IMG/VR virus record: IMGVR_UViG_3300045988_100041
DNA: 64,000 nt
Strand: one strand, 5' to 3'
Origin: a virus
The translations under genes and the position numbers were made by a program. This document shows, in pieces, positions 18,173 to 29,200 of this stretch. The notes beneath the pieces were generated by a model, which did no database searches, was not told where the DNA came from, and was given only the letters and a program-made list of their open reading frames with translations. Position 1 is the stretch's first letter; each line of letters opens with the position of its first letter.

Positions 18173-19702
18173 ATGAGCAGAAAAGTTCTTACAAACCTTG
18201 ATTTAAGCAAAAACGAGATCCAAAACGCCGTCATTCAGCCGCTGGCTTCGCCCCCTGCAAACCCGAAGCTTGGGCAGATCTACACAAACTCTGCCGATAA
18301 GGTCATTTACCAGTATGACGGGGAGAAGTGGAAGCCGGTCGGCGTTGTGTATCAGCAGGAAGGAAGCACCGGGGCGGTAATCGTTGGGCTGGACAGCAGC
18401 GGAAACGTTACGACCAAGAAGGTTATTGAGCTGACGCTGACGGGCTATCAGCCGGTAGAGGGCGGATATATTGCAGACGGCGATACGCTCCAAAAAGCGC
18501 TTTCTGCGCTCGATACCGCCATCAAAAACGCGGTTGCAGGAGGCGGCGAGGTAAACCAGAACGCCTTTTCCAATGTTACCGTTCCGCAGCAGAGCACGAA
18601 CGACACCGCCGAAGTTGCAGGTCAGAATGCAGCGGCAACGGTTTCTGCAACCAGCAAGACGGATACCTTCTCGCTGGCTTCCGGCGACAAGTGGATTCAT
18701 GTCAATGCGGATGGAACGACAAAGGTTATTACGTTTGGACATGCGTTCTCCGGTGCAGATGCGAAGAAATACGGCGATGGAACACATGTGGTTTCCTTCA
18801 CGATAGACAAGGCAGGACACGTTGTAGCGGCAGAAGTTGTGGAGATCGCCGGGGCGCAGTATATTGCCGGGCTGACTTCCGACGCGCAGGAACAGCTTAA
18901 TTCCAAGATTCCAGCATCGGAAAAGGGAAAGGCAAACGGCGTCGCAACCCTTGGTGCAGACGGTCTTGTTCCGTCTGGCCAGCTGCCCAGCTATGTCGAT
19001 GATGTCGTTGAGGCGTATATCGTTGGGTCTACGCCGCTTGCAAATGACTGGCTTTCTTTGACGGCAGGGGGCGCGGCACTTACGCCGGAGACCGGAAAGA
19101 TCTACGTCGTTATGACGGAGGGCGCGTATCAGAACAAGCAGTACCGCTGGGGCGGAACAACCTACGTTCTTTGCAATCCTTCGGACGTAAACTCGGTCAA
19201 CGGAAAAACCGGTGTTGTTGTGCTGACACAGGACGATATCGGCGAGGGCGAAACCTATACGCAGTTCAGCAAAGAGGACAAGACAAAGCTGGGTGCCGTT
19301 GCCGAGGGTGCAACCAAGAATACCATTACACAGAACGGTACAGAAACGGCGAATCCGACGTTCTATGCACCGACGACAGGCGGAGAAGTTGGTCAGGTTC
19401 TGACCTCTAACGGCGAGGGACAAGCACCGACATGGCAAGCAGCACCGGAGAATCTTCACAAGTATACCGCGACAAACCCGACGATCACAGCAAATGGAGG
19501 TGCTTTTACATGGACCATCGACGCGCAGGCGAACGGTCCGAAGTATCCGATGCTGGTGCAGGTGTATGAGGCGGCGACAAACGCGATGGTGCTTGCGGAT
19601 GTGGTCACAAACGCAAGCGGAAGCATCGTTATCACGATCAATGACACGGAAAACGCCGGTTCTCTTACAGCCGGAACATATCGGGCGGTTGCAATCGGCT
19701 GA
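18173..19702 (+). CDS. Fibre-like structural protein
   Basis: The N-terminus LTNLDLSKNEIQNAVIQPLASPPANPKLGQIY is of the type seen at phage fibre N-termini. The remainder is Gly/Thr/Ala-rich. Confidence 0.55.
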   Translation: MSRKVLTNLDLSKNEIQNAVIQPLASPPANPKLGQIYTNSADKVIYQYDGEKWKPVGVVYQQEGSTGAVIVGLDSSGNVTTKKVIELTLTGYQPVEGGYIADGDTLQKALSALDTAIKNAVAGGGEVNQNAFSNVTVPQQSTNDTAEVAGQNAAATVSATSKTDTFSLASGDKWIHVNADGTTKVITFGHAFSGADAKKYGDGTHVVSFTIDKAGHVVAAEVVEIAGAQYIAGLTSDAQEQLNSKIPASEKGKANGVATLGADGLVPSGQLPSYVDDVVEAYIVGSTPLANDWLSLTAGGAALTPETGKIYVVMTEGAYQNKQYRWGGTTYVLCNPSDVNSVNGKTGVVVLTQDDIGEGETYTQFSKEDKTKLGAVAEGATKNTITQNGTETANPTFYAPTTGGEVGQVLTSNGEGQAPTWQAAPENLHKYTATNPTITANGGAFTWTIDAQANGPKYPMLVQVYEAATNAMVLADVVTNASGSIVITINDTENAGSLTAGTYRAVAIG

Positions 19703-19761
19703 GAAAACGAGGGTTCACCATCTCAAAACGATGGTGAACCTATAAGCAGGAGGCAGAGGGT

Positions 19762-20205
19762 ATGAAGAACTTAGGCGTATACGACAACAATTTATCCACG
19801 CCACGGAAAAAGGACGTTGACGAGCGGCAGGAGAAAATTCCTGTTACGGCGGCTGACAACGGCAAGGTTATGATGGTTGTTGACGGAAGGTGGACAAAGA
19901 GCGATGCTTCGTCCGGAACGAAGGTTACGCAGTATTCGGGAACTCTGCTGGCAAATAGCTGGGCAGAGGATGCATACGGCTACCAGGCGCAGACGATCGT
20001 GATCACGGGACTGAAAGCGTCCTACGATGTCGACCCGCAGTGGGACGTGGCGCTCTCGGGCACGGACCCGGACGCGGACGCTGCACTTTTGGAGGGCTTC
20101 GCACTCATCCACAACTACGTAACTGGCGCGAACTCTTTGACCGCGCAGTGCATCGGCAAAGCGCCGACGGTGAATATCCCCGTGAAGGTGGTGGTCTTCG
20201 GATGA
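19762..20205 (+). CDS. Hypothetical structural protein
   Basis: 147-aa ORF; ATGA coupling to the next gene. Confidence 0.5.
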   Translation: MKNLGVYDNNLSTPRKKDVDERQEKIPVTAADNGKVMMVVDGRWTKSDASSGTKVTQYSGTLLANSWAEDAYGYQAQTIVITGLKASYDVDPQWDVALSGTDPDADAALLEGFALIHNYVTGANSLTAQCIGKAPTVNIPVKVVVFG

Positions 20206-20885
20206 GCGGAAGGAGCCCAAGATGGTTTACTGGAATTAAGCCTTCATATGAGGCAAATTTTTCGGATAATACCTGGGAACAGATCATTGCTATCTGCCAG
20301 AAAAAGGTTGTCCCCTCAACGTGGAAGATTGGAGATCAGAAGGCGATGATGATTGGCTCCACGGACTATCTGGTTGACATTATCGGTATCAATCACGATG
20401 ACTATTCCGACGGCTCGGGAAAAGCCCCGTTTACCTTCCAGCTGCACGACTGCTACGGCGAACTGAAGAACATGAACAGCTCCAGAACAAACAACGGCGG
20501 CTGGACGAGCTGTGTCATGCGGCAAACGCACCTGCCTGCCATTCTCTCCAAGATGCCGACAGAGGTGAGGAATAACATCCGCGAGGTGAACAAGCTTACT
20601 TCAGCGGGCAACCAGAGTGCTACCATCAACACCACGGCGGACAAACTGTTTCTGCTGAGCGAGATCGAGATTTTCGGCAGCGTCAGCCATTCCAAGAGCG
20701 GAGAGGGCACGCAGTACGACTACTACAAGGCGGGAAACAGCCGGGCGAAGGACGGTGCGGACTCCTGGTGGGAGCGCGGTCCGAATGGCAACGACTCCAC
20801 GCATTTCTGCTTTGTCCTCCGTGGCAACGCCAGCAGCTCCAACGCGAACTATGCAACTGGCGTGGCTTTCGGCTTCTGCTTCTAG
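20202..20885 (+). CDS. Hypothetical structural protein
   Basis: 227 aa from internal ATG 20202, which overlaps the upstream stop. Confidence 0.55.
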   Translation: MSGRSPRWFTGIKPSYEANFSDNTWEQIIAICQKKVVPSTWKIGDQKAMMIGSTDYLVDIIGINHDDYSDGSGKAPFTFQLHDCYGELKNMNSSRTNNGGWTSCVMRQTHLPAILSKMPTEVRNNIREVNKLTSAGNQSATINTTADKLFLLSEIEIFGSVSHSKSGEGTQYDYYKAGNSRAKDGADSWWERGPNGNDSTHFCFVLRGNASSSNANYATGVAFGFCF

Positions 20886-20897
20886 GGGGTGTGGCTC

Positions 20898-21260
20898 ATG
20901 GGAATGTTTTTACGAAGAGGTCCGGCGGAAAAGCCAGTGCAAACAGTAGATGTTATAATTTCAGGAGACACGCACGCGAGCTACGCTTACGTCGAAATTG
21001 ATGGAACGAAATATACTGCAAAAGGTACATATACAATCCCCGTCGGGGTTACTGCTATTGTACACTGTTATAACTTGTTTGGAACATCTGGGGAAATTGT
21101 TAGCAAAATTACGCTTAATGGGAAGACAGTTAAAACAGCAAAGGAGAGTAATTCAACGATAACATATTCTTTTTCTGTCGAATCCAGCACAGCTTTTGCG
21201 TTTAGTATTAAATCTGTATATGGAGCTGCAAACTATTTCTGCGACATCACGACGAGCTAG
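20898..21260 (+). CDS. Hypothetical beta-rich protein
   Basis: ~120 aa. This stretch is visibly more AT-rich than its flanks. Confidence 0.45.
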   Translation: MGMFLRRGPAEKPVQTVDVIISGDTHASYAYVEIDGTKYTAKGTYTIPVGVTAIVHCYNLFGTSGEIVSKITLNGKTVKTAKESNSTITYSFSVESSTAFAFSIKSVYGAANYFCDITTS

Positions 21261-21268
21261 GAGGGACT

Positions 21269-21937
21269 ATGTACATCACACACGACAATCAAACCTACGC
21301 GAACGTCCGGGTATACAGCACCTCCGGCTCGGTCCGGTTTACGGGCGATTCTCTTTCGGTGACAGAACTGACCGGTCCGGTCACGGTCTATGCGGACAAT
21401 GATTTTGAGCTGCGCGTCTACACGCCGGGCAACTTTCTACGGCAAGAGATCACGGACGGCAGCTGGCTACTGACGAATATCCCGCTGCCGGAGCCGCAGC
21501 CGGTTGTTGCAACGCCTGTTGTCTATGATCTGCTGCCATCCACGGCGAATATGGTGCGGATGCTGATGAAGGGCGAGAAGCCAAAGACGGCAGATGAAAT
21601 CATCATGTGCTCAGCACTCTACGATGAATGGACTCCGGGCAAACACGTTGTCGGAGACATTTTCTCTGTCGGAGGAGACATATGGGAATGCTTCCAGAAT
21701 TATGATAATGCTGTATATCCCGATATCGTCCCCGGCAACGCGGCGTGGTTCACGTTCAACAGACCCTACCACGGCACGTCACGCGAGACGGCGCGGAATT
21801 TCGTACACCCAACGGGCGCGCACGACCTGTACAAAGCAGGGGAATGGGCCGTGCAAGACGGTAAGTTCACCAAAGCGAACCAGGATACAGCATATAGTCT
21901 AGCAGAATACCCGCAGGCGTGGGATGTGGAAGAGTAA
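21269..21937 (+). CDS. Protein with C-terminal carbohydrate-binding (CBM5/12-like) motif
   Basis: The C-terminal aromatic pattern GDIWECFQNY...YPDIVPGNAAWFTF...YKAGEWAVQDGKFTKA resembles CBM5/12 modules. Confidence 0.45.
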   Translation: MYITHDNQTYANVRVYSTSGSVRFTGDSLSVTELTGPVTVYADNDFELRVYTPGNFLRQEITDGSWLLTNIPLPEPQPVVATPVVYDLLPSTANMVRMLMKGEKPKTADEIIMCSALYDEWTPGKHVVGDIFSVGGDIWECFQNYDNAVYPDIVPGNAAWFTFNRPYHGTSRETARNFVHPTGAHDLYKAGEWAVQDGKFTKANQDTAYSLAEYPQAWDVEE

Positions 21938-22034
21938 CCGCCAGAGGGAGAGAAAGGAGAACACATATGGCGGACGGGCAGAAGAAGCGGAAGGTTCGGG
22001 AGACTTATCCCGACGAAGAAAAGGAAGCGGAAGG

Positions 22035-22220
22035 ATGAACGGGAAGTGCGAGTACGCTTACCGGAAAAACGGGGACGTTAGCCTTCACTGCCGGTATCTG
22101 ACGCAGAACGGAGCGCGGCACGACTGGTGCGCGCATCAGTATCTTTGTGGCAGAACGAGGCGGTGGGAGGTTTCCGAGGGGGCATACGGGTGCGATGTCC
22201 GAAAGGAAAAGAAGAAGTAA
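22035..22220 (+). CDS. Small Cys-rich protein
   Basis: 61 aa from ATG 22035, containing 5 Cys. Confidence 0.35.
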   Translation: MNGKCEYAYRKNGDVSLHCRYLTQNGARHDWCAHQYLCGRTRRWEVSEGAYGCDVRKEKKK

Positions 22221-22260
22221 GCACAAGACCATGAGAAAATCTGAAAGGAATGGGGAAATC

Positions 22261-22842
22261 ATGGAAAAATTCACGATGACAAAGGAACACTTGATGCAGA
22301 TGCGGGACTATGTGCCTCTGGAAGAGAAGATGAGGTTTATCAAGGAGGCGGCAGACGGCTGCTTTGACCGGATGGAGCTTCGAATTTCCGGCGGCGCAGA
22401 GAGCCTTCCAATGCCTCCCATGTACAAGGACAACACGTCGATCAAAAGCAGGATGCTGATGGGTGCGTTTTCCAGACTGTATCTTGGACTTTCATATGAG
22501 CAGGAGGGGGAAAACCCGTGGCTGATGAGCGTTTGCGACTATGACGCGCTGGCAGGAAGCCATATTTTCAACCAGATTGAACGGCTCAAGGCAGAAGGGG
22601 GCGCGGTGCGCGACAAGGCATTTGACGTGCTTTCCGACTGGCGAGATCTTGAAAAGCGGTTTAACACCGAGGTCTACAATATGATGCAGGTGATGAATGA
22701 GCCGGTGAGCCGGATTATGATGGCGATGCAGATGCAGACGACACCGGAGACCATGCAGGGGCTAAAGGAAGAGCTGGAAAGCGTCAAGAAGGAAATTGAC
22801 AATTATGCCGCGCAGAAGAAAGCGACGGTGAAAGTAAAATGA
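22261..22842 (+). CDS. Hypothetical head-tail joining region protein
   Basis: 193 aa from ATG 22261; ATGA overlap with the next gene. Confidence 0.55.
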   Translation: MEKFTMTKEHLMQMRDYVPLEEKMRFIKEAADGCFDRMELRISGGAESLPMPPMYKDNTSIKSRMLMGAFSRLYLGLSYEQEGENPWLMSVCDYDALAGSHIFNQIERLKAEGGAVRDKAFDVLSDWRDLEKRFNTEVYNMMQVMNEPVSRIMMAMQMQTTPETMQGLKEELESVKKEIDNYAAQKKATVKVK

Positions 22843-23528
22843 GCATGGTTTCGGTCAACTCCGACACATATCCCTATGAGAGAGTGCAGACGGGGTTTAA
22901 CCGGCTCAAGGGTTCGGAGGAAATCCCACTGAAAATTCTGCGGTATCTGATGGACCTGCCGAGCGAAGGGTATACGCCGAAGGACGACAACAGCCGCGCA
23001 CGGGTGAGGCTGATGAAATATCTCTGGCACGACGGGGCAAGACCTCTTGAGCAGCCGCTTCCGACGGCGAAGGAAAAGCTCTCGATGCTGTTTGACGGAG
23101 AACACCCGGCACTCAACACGCAGGAGGAAAAGGCGGCGCATCCGAAGGGGTATCGCATTTATCCGCAGAGGGTGTGGGGGCAGAGCGACACGGAAGCCGG
23201 GGTCACGCTGAAACTCTACATGGGAAGAAGCATTGCGCGGGATAATTTCCACACGATGCTTGGGCTGCAGTTTGAGATTCTTGTGAATGTCAACCTGGAA
23301 AACACGACGAGGACAGATGCGTATGCAAGAAGCTATGACATTGAGCAGTGCATCATTGAGGCTTTGCATGGGGTAAATATTACGGGAATCGGCGTTGTGG
23401 ATTTTTCGAGGATTTCCCACGCAGACAACGGAAGCACAAGCATTTTTGACTACGGCACGCACTGCGGAAGAAAGCTCCATATGAGCGTGATGTGGTGTGA
23501 TTCTGAAATGGATGTGCCGGTGGAGTAA
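22839..23528 (+). CDS. Hypothetical tail/neck protein
   Basis: 229-aa ORF, translationally coupled to the upstream gene. Confidence 0.55.
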   Translation: MSMVSVNSDTYPYERVQTGFNRLKGSEEIPLKILRYLMDLPSEGYTPKDDNSRARVRLMKYLWHDGARPLEQPLPTAKEKLSMLFDGEHPALNTQEEKAAHPKGYRIYPQRVWGQSDTEAGVTLKLYMGRSIARDNFHTMLGLQFEILVNVNLENTTRTDAYARSYDIEQCIIEALHGVNITGIGVVDFSRISHADNGSTSIFDYGTHCGRKLHMSVMWCDSEMDVPVE

Positions 23529-23649
23529 AAAGAGAAGAACAGATTCTTCCGCGAAACGGCGCGGAGGAAACAGCTGGGAGAGCTGACAGGGCATGGGTTC
23601 ATGCACTGCCGGCTCTTTTTTGTTGGCTATCGGAAAGGAAAACAAAAAT

Positions 23650-24486
23650 ATGAACGACCTTTCTTACAGCATGGTTCGGGCAATCGACCGATACCAGACG
23701 ATAGAGGTTGAGGGCTTGCACCTATATCCAATCCGCGTCATGGAACTCGACGAGTTTATGCTGGCGCGACCTGCGATTGAGTTTTTGCAGCAAAGTCTCC
23801 CTGTGACTTTGATCTCCAAACCTCTTTTGCAGGCGTTTTACCAGATGGATTTTGACGCGGCGGCAAAGGGAGAGCCGGGGACGGGCCTTTTCTTCCGGAG
23901 CTTGCTTTTCCTGCTGCTTGCGCTGCGGGCAGGGGAGGGGCAAAGCGCGGAGGAACGGCTTGGACTTGTCTCCATTTTACCGGACGAAAGAAACCAAAAA
24001 AAGCTGAAAAGTGTCCGCATTCAGACCGGAAGCAGAACGTTTGCAGACATTACGCCGATTCAATTTCAAAGGCTTCGCCCAATTTTGGCGGCTCAGAACG
24101 GAATAGAGCTTGTGTCGGAGAGCGCCAACCCTGAACTTGTGCAGGCTGAGAAGGACTTGGCGGAAATGAAAGCGCCGAAGCTTCGGTATGAGGCAGCGTC
24201 TGTGAAAGCGTCTATTTCGCTCATCAGCGGAATATCGGACGTGGAGATGGACGAATGGCCGGTGCTGCGGTTTCAGCGGCAGAAGGACGCTGTGGTGCGG
24301 ATGATGGGGTATCTCAACTGCGGCATGGCGGAGGCGCAGGGGGCAAAATGGCCGCACGGCAACCCGTATCCAAGCCCCCTTTATGACCGGGAAATCGACT
24401 ACTGCGGCGGTGTGATCGATATGGCGTCGTTTGCAGGCGGAGCCGGTATGCGCGCGGTAAAAAATGCGGGCAGCAAGACAACATGA
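23650..24486 (+). CDS. Hypothetical tail-module protein
   Basis: 278 aa from ATG 23650. Confidence 0.55.
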   Translation: MNDLSYSMVRAIDRYQTIEVEGLHLYPIRVMELDEFMLARPAIEFLQQSLPVTLISKPLLQAFYQMDFDAAAKGEPGTGLFFRSLLFLLLALRAGEGQSAEERLGLVSILPDERNQKKLKSVRIQTGSRTFADITPIQFQRLRPILAAQNGIELVSESANPELVQAEKDLAEMKAPKLRYEAASVKASISLISGISDVEMDEWPVLRFQRQKDAVVRMMGYLNCGMAEAQGAKWPHGNPYPSPLYDREIDYCGGVIDMASFAGGAGMRAVKNAGSKTT

Positions 24487-24518
24487 CACTTTAAATCTTC
24501 AAAAGGAGTGAACAAAGA

Positions 24519-25643
24519 ATGATTCAGTTTACCGACAAGAGACTTTACCTCAAGGGTACTTCCGAAGCGATCTGTACCGATAAAGTTACCGGTGACATCG
24601 TGTATTTCTCCAACAAGTTCCAGAGCGGCAACGTGACCACGAGCGTCACCATGGGCGAAATCCGCGCGGGTCTTGGCAACGCTGTTGCGGCGATCATCCC
24701 GTCTGATGCGACGGTCAACGTGGAGTTTGTGGCGGCGGACTTCTCGCTGTTTGCAAAGTCTGCACAGCTCGGCGCAACGCTCAAGTATTCTGCGCCCGTT
24801 ATGACGTGCCAGAATGTCACGGCGGACGGCACTTCCCTCACCATCGACGTCACCAAGGGCACACCGGTTGCGCAGCTCGGCATGGCAAAGCCGCAGTGCT
24901 ATGTGCAGGAGATCGGCGCGGCAAGCCCCATCGCCGTTGGCGGCAAGGCGTATGACATTTCCGCAGCAGGAGAGGTCGCAGGATTTACGGCAGTGTCCGG
25001 AAAGACCTATAAGGTCTGGTATTTTGCAAGCCGCGCGGACGCACAGCTGGCAACCGTTACCACGATGCTTGACCCGAAGGTTGTGCATTTTACGGCGGCA
25101 ATGGCAGTGTATGCAAACGAGTCCGGTTCTGCGCAGAATGAAGGCACCCGTCAGGGTACGCTTTATGTGATTATCCCGTCGCTCAAGTTCGGCGCGAACG
25201 GCGGCGTGACCGGCGATCAGGGCAACAATGACACCACGTCCCTTTCCGGTCAGGCGGTCATCAACGACTCGACCATCATTGGCGATTCCTGCGACGAATG
25301 CTCCGGCGGCGGCGCAGAGCTGGCGTACTACCTGTATGTGCCGTGCAGCTCGGACGCAGAGAGCGTGGAGGGCATTGTTGCAAATGTCGGCAGCATTTCC
25401 GTTGCACAGTCCGGCAAGTATCAGATGCAGCCGAGAATCGTGATGATGAACGGCGAACTGGTCAAGGGCGACGCCAACACCTTTACCTACACGGCGACCG
25501 GCGCTCCGACCGGCACGACTGTCGGTGCAAGCACCGGCCTGATTACCGCCGGCACGACTGCTGGCGATTTCGAGGTCGAGGTTTCCTACACGGTGGGCGA
25601 AAAGACCTTCAAGGACAGCTGCGATGTCAGCGTGACCGCGTAA
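24519..25643 (+). CDS. Putative major tail protein with C-terminal Ig-like domain
   Basis: 374 aa; strong RBS (AAAGGAG). C-terminal Big_2-like TAGDFEVEVSYTVGEKTFKDSCDVSVTA. Positioned upstream of the tape measure and followed by stem-loops. Confidence 0.55.
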   Translation: MIQFTDKRLYLKGTSEAICTDKVTGDIVYFSNKFQSGNVTTSVTMGEIRAGLGNAVAAIIPSDATVNVEFVAADFSLFAKSAQLGATLKYSAPVMTCQNVTADGTSLTIDVTKGTPVAQLGMAKPQCYVQEIGAASPIAVGGKAYDISAAGEVAGFTAVSGKTYKVWYFASRADAQLATVTTMLDPKVVHFTAAMAVYANESGSAQNEGTRQGTLYVIIPSLKFGANGGVTGDQGNNDTTSLSGQAVINDSTIIGDSCDECSGGGAELAYYLYVPCSSDAESVEGIVANVGSISVAQSGKYQMQPRIVMMNGELVKGDANTFTYTATGAPTGTTVGASTGLITAGTTAGDFEVEVSYTVGEKTFKDSCDVSVTA

Positions 25644-25654
25644 ACAGGAAAAAT

Positions 25655-25677
25655 CCCGGAGGGCATAACCCTCCGGG
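25655..25677 (+). terminator. Stem-loop after the major tail gene
   Basis: CCCGGAGGG (25655-25663) pairs with CCCTCCGGG (25669-25677). A second AATGCGCAA/TTGCGCATT helix with a T tract follows by ~25735. Confidence 0.35.
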
Positions 25678-25750
25678 AAATGCGCAAGCGTATCAAGGGA
25701 TAAAGCGTTGGTGCGTTTGCGCATTTCTTTTGAATGAAAGGCGGCTTTCT

Positions 25751-26191
25751 ATGGCAATCGAGGATATTGTGGCGCGGTTCAACACGGAGCTGGACGCGGC
25801 AATCGGGCGAGTGATGGAAAACGATGTTGCGGTCATTGTGCGCGTGGCGATGGCGAATGCGGTAGAGACAGAGGTTTATGACGCTTATACGCCGGTTGCT
25901 TATTGGAGGCGCGGAGATTACGGCGGATTGATCGATCAAAGCCCGGAGAATATGGTTGCGGAGTATGACCCGGAGAATATGCTTTTGACCGTTCAGAACA
26001 TGAACAGGGACGATGACACGGGGAGACTGGTCGCGCCGGTCGTTGAGAGCGGAAAAGGGTATCAGTATCGGTGGTCAGGGCAAAAGCCGCGTCCGTTTCA
26101 CAACGTTGCACAGAAGAATGTTGTAGAGGACGGATGGTTTGAAGGGGCGCTTTTGTCCGGGCTTCGCACGGAAGGGTTCAATGTCGAATGA
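25751..26191 (+). CDS. Putative tail assembly/completion protein
   Basis: 146 aa between the major tail and tape measure genes. I saw no slippery frameshift site. Confidence 0.5.
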   Translation: MAIEDIVARFNTELDAAIGRVMENDVAVIVRVAMANAVETEVYDAYTPVAYWRRGDYGGLIDQSPENMVAEYDPENMLLTVQNMNRDDDTGRLVAPVVESGKGYQYRWSGQKPRPFHNVAQKNVVEDGWFEGALLSGLRTEGFNVE

Positions 26192-26208
26192 TGGGAGGAT
26201 TCTGAAAG

Positions 26209-29200
26209 ATGGCTGGAAATATTGATAAGGTTCAACTACAGGTAGAGGTCGTTCGCAATCAGCTCGACACGCTGATTAAGGACGTAAACAACCTGAAAAG
26301 CCAGAAGCTTTCCATCACGGTAGATTCTACCGGCATGGACGCAATCAACAAATTCAATGCGTCTATGCGGACGCTGACGCAGAATGCGGACGGATTGGGC
26401 GGAAAGTTCACGCAGGTTTGGAACGGCATTGCAGAGGGCGCGCCGGTTCGGACGATTGAGACGGTCAATCAGGGGATTGGAAGAACGACCGAGATCATCC
26501 GGACGCTGAACGAGGAAACGCAGTCGTATTCTGAGGTTCAGACAAAGACGACAACCAACTATGACGCGATTGCAAAAGCCGCGCAGAAGGCGGCAGAAGC
26601 CAACCAGAAGGCGTTTTCTGCGGCGCAGAAGGGGATGCCGACGCTTCAAAAGCAGTTTGCAGATCTGGAACGGCAGATTGGAAGCGCGGTAAGCAAATAT
26701 CCAAGCGGAACATTTGACAAGCTTTCCGGAGAGGTCAAGGGCGCAAGGGCAACTCTTGCTACGCTGGACAGCGATCTTGCAGAGGGGAAAATCGGATACG
26801 AAGCGTATACGAGCGGTGTAGACAGTGCGAAGGCGAGTCTCAAGGAGCTTCAAAGCGAGTTTTCCCAGACGCAGACCGACACAGAAAAGCTCAAAAACTC
26901 CACGAACGTGCTTGGAGACAGCCTTGGCAATATCGTAAAGAAAATCGTTGCATGGCAGGTTATCAACGCCTCGGTTGCAACGGTCATTCGGTCGTTCCGG
27001 GAAGCGGTAAAGACCATGAAAGAGGTCGACACGGAGCTGACCGCCATTCAGAAGGTCACGAACAACACCGACGCGGAGATGGAAAAGCTCAGCCAGCACG
27101 CCTATGAGGTCGCTTCGCAGTATGGCGTGGCGGTGACGGACTATTTGGAATCGACGGGAACGTTCGCAAAAGCCGGCTACAAAGAACTGTCGGAAGACAT
27201 GGCGGAGCTTGCAACAAAGACGCAGCTGGTCGGTGATGTGAACGCGGAGACGGCAAATCAGTTCCTTCTTGCTGCGGACGCAGCGTTCAAGATGAAGGGC
27301 AATGTCACGGAGCTGTCCACAGTTCTCGATAAAGCCAACGTCATTGAGAACAAATACGCAACGTCCATCGAGAAGATTTCAGAGGGATTCCCAATCGTTG
27401 CAAATGTGGCGTCGATGGCGAATATGTCCATTGACCAGCTGATGGCGATGCTCGGAACGATCACGGCTGTGACCCAGGAGTCAGGCACCAAAGCCGCGAC
27501 CGCTGCTCGCGCTCTCATCTTGAATATTATGGGAGATACCGAGACGGAGCTTGAAAACGGCGTTACATGGACGAAGGATGAAATCGAAAGTCTGACGCAG
27601 GTTCTTTGGACGTATTCCGAGGAAGCCATGAAAGCGGCGCAGGCAACTGGAACCATCGTAAACCCGATGGAAGCGGTAGCGGGACTTGCAAAGGCGTATA
27701 AAGAGGGCGTTCTGACGCAGGCAGAGCTTGCGAAAATCGAGTCTGACCTCGGCGGCAAGCTGCGGACGAACCAGTTGGACGCGCTCATCAAGAACTTTGA
27801 CATGTATAGCGATATGCTGGACAAAGTCAAGGATTCTGCCGGCAGCGCCGATCAGGAAGTCAGCATTATGCTCACGAGCTGGGAGAGCAAGGCAAATATC
27901 CTACAGAATACGTGGACGGAGTTCATCTCCAAGACAATCGACACGAGCTGGGCAAAGGGGAGTCTCGATGCGGTCACATGGCTGATTGAGGGGTTCGGCG
28001 ATCTAGGCACTGCAATTACGATTTTCGGCGGTGCGCTTGCTACGGTAAAGTGGAACGAAATCACAACTGGATTTGGAACACTGAAATCTGTTATTTCGGC
28101 TCTCCCAATGCTATTCAGCAAGGCAAAGGGCGGCGCGGAAGGATTCAACAACGGCATGAAGTCGATGAATCTGACGCTCACCAGCACGCAGCTGATTGTT
28201 GGCAGCGTGGTTGCGGTTATTTCGGCGCTTACCATCGCTTATAACCACTACAAGCAGAAGCAGGAAGAATCGTGGAAGGCGTCGATTGAAGCCGGAAATG
28301 CAGCAGTGGAGGAAGCAAGGTCTCTTGAAGAACTCTACGGCGCGTATCAGGGCGCAGACAAGGCAATTTCCGACGGAACAGGCTCTAAAAAGGAATTTGA
28401 ATCTGCAACCTACGATTTACTGAATGCAATCGGATATGAAACGACCGCGCTTGACGAGCAGATCACGCGGTACGGTTCTCTCAAGGCGGCAATCGATGCG
28501 AATAAGGGCGCTGTCACAGAGCTTTTGCAGGCAAAAATCGAGTCTGCGCTATATGACGCGAAAGCGGGCGTAACGGCGGCAGGAGAGCAGCTGAGCAGCG
28601 CAAGCGGAAAAGTCGGACTTGCGGCAGGTTCCAGCGCTGGAACGGTTCTCGATTATTATAACGACCTGGTTCGCCGCAGAAACGAGATGCTGGACAGCGG
28701 AGACGAAGGCACATACCTGTATAAGGAAATTGCAGACAAAATCTCAACGCTTACACCGCTTGTCGAGGAATACAATGCGGCGCTTGAGAACCAGACGTAT
28801 CTTGAAAACCTTGCGGAAGACGCGAAGGACGGCGTGATTGAGAGCTATGAGCGGGAAAACGAGGCGATTTCCGACAACACGGACGCGCTGGATGAGAACG
28901 CGGATGCGGCTTCGAAAAACGCAGAAAAAATAGCGGAAGCAGCAAAAACGCTCAAGCAGCAGGAATCAGACCTTCGGACGGTATCGAAGGCGCTTGCGGA
29001 GTATCAGGCAACTGGACGTATTTCCTCGGCAACGATGAAGTCCTTGCTTGGAATCAGCAGCCAATATATTAACCTTCTGACGGACGAAAACGGAAAGCTC
29101 CGGATGACGGAAGATGGGCTTCGCGGCGTTGCAGAGGCGATCATGGCAGACGTGGATGCAACGGAAGATCTTGTTGGCATCACGAAATCGTCCAGCGGAG

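Noticed and set aside
18203-19459. 418-aa ORF on the - strand
   Set aside because: It is antisense to the fibre-like gene. The composition is Arg/Cys-rich and it has no translational signals.
24399-25724. 441-aa ORF on the - strand
   Set aside because: It is antisense to the major tail gene; a shadow ORF.
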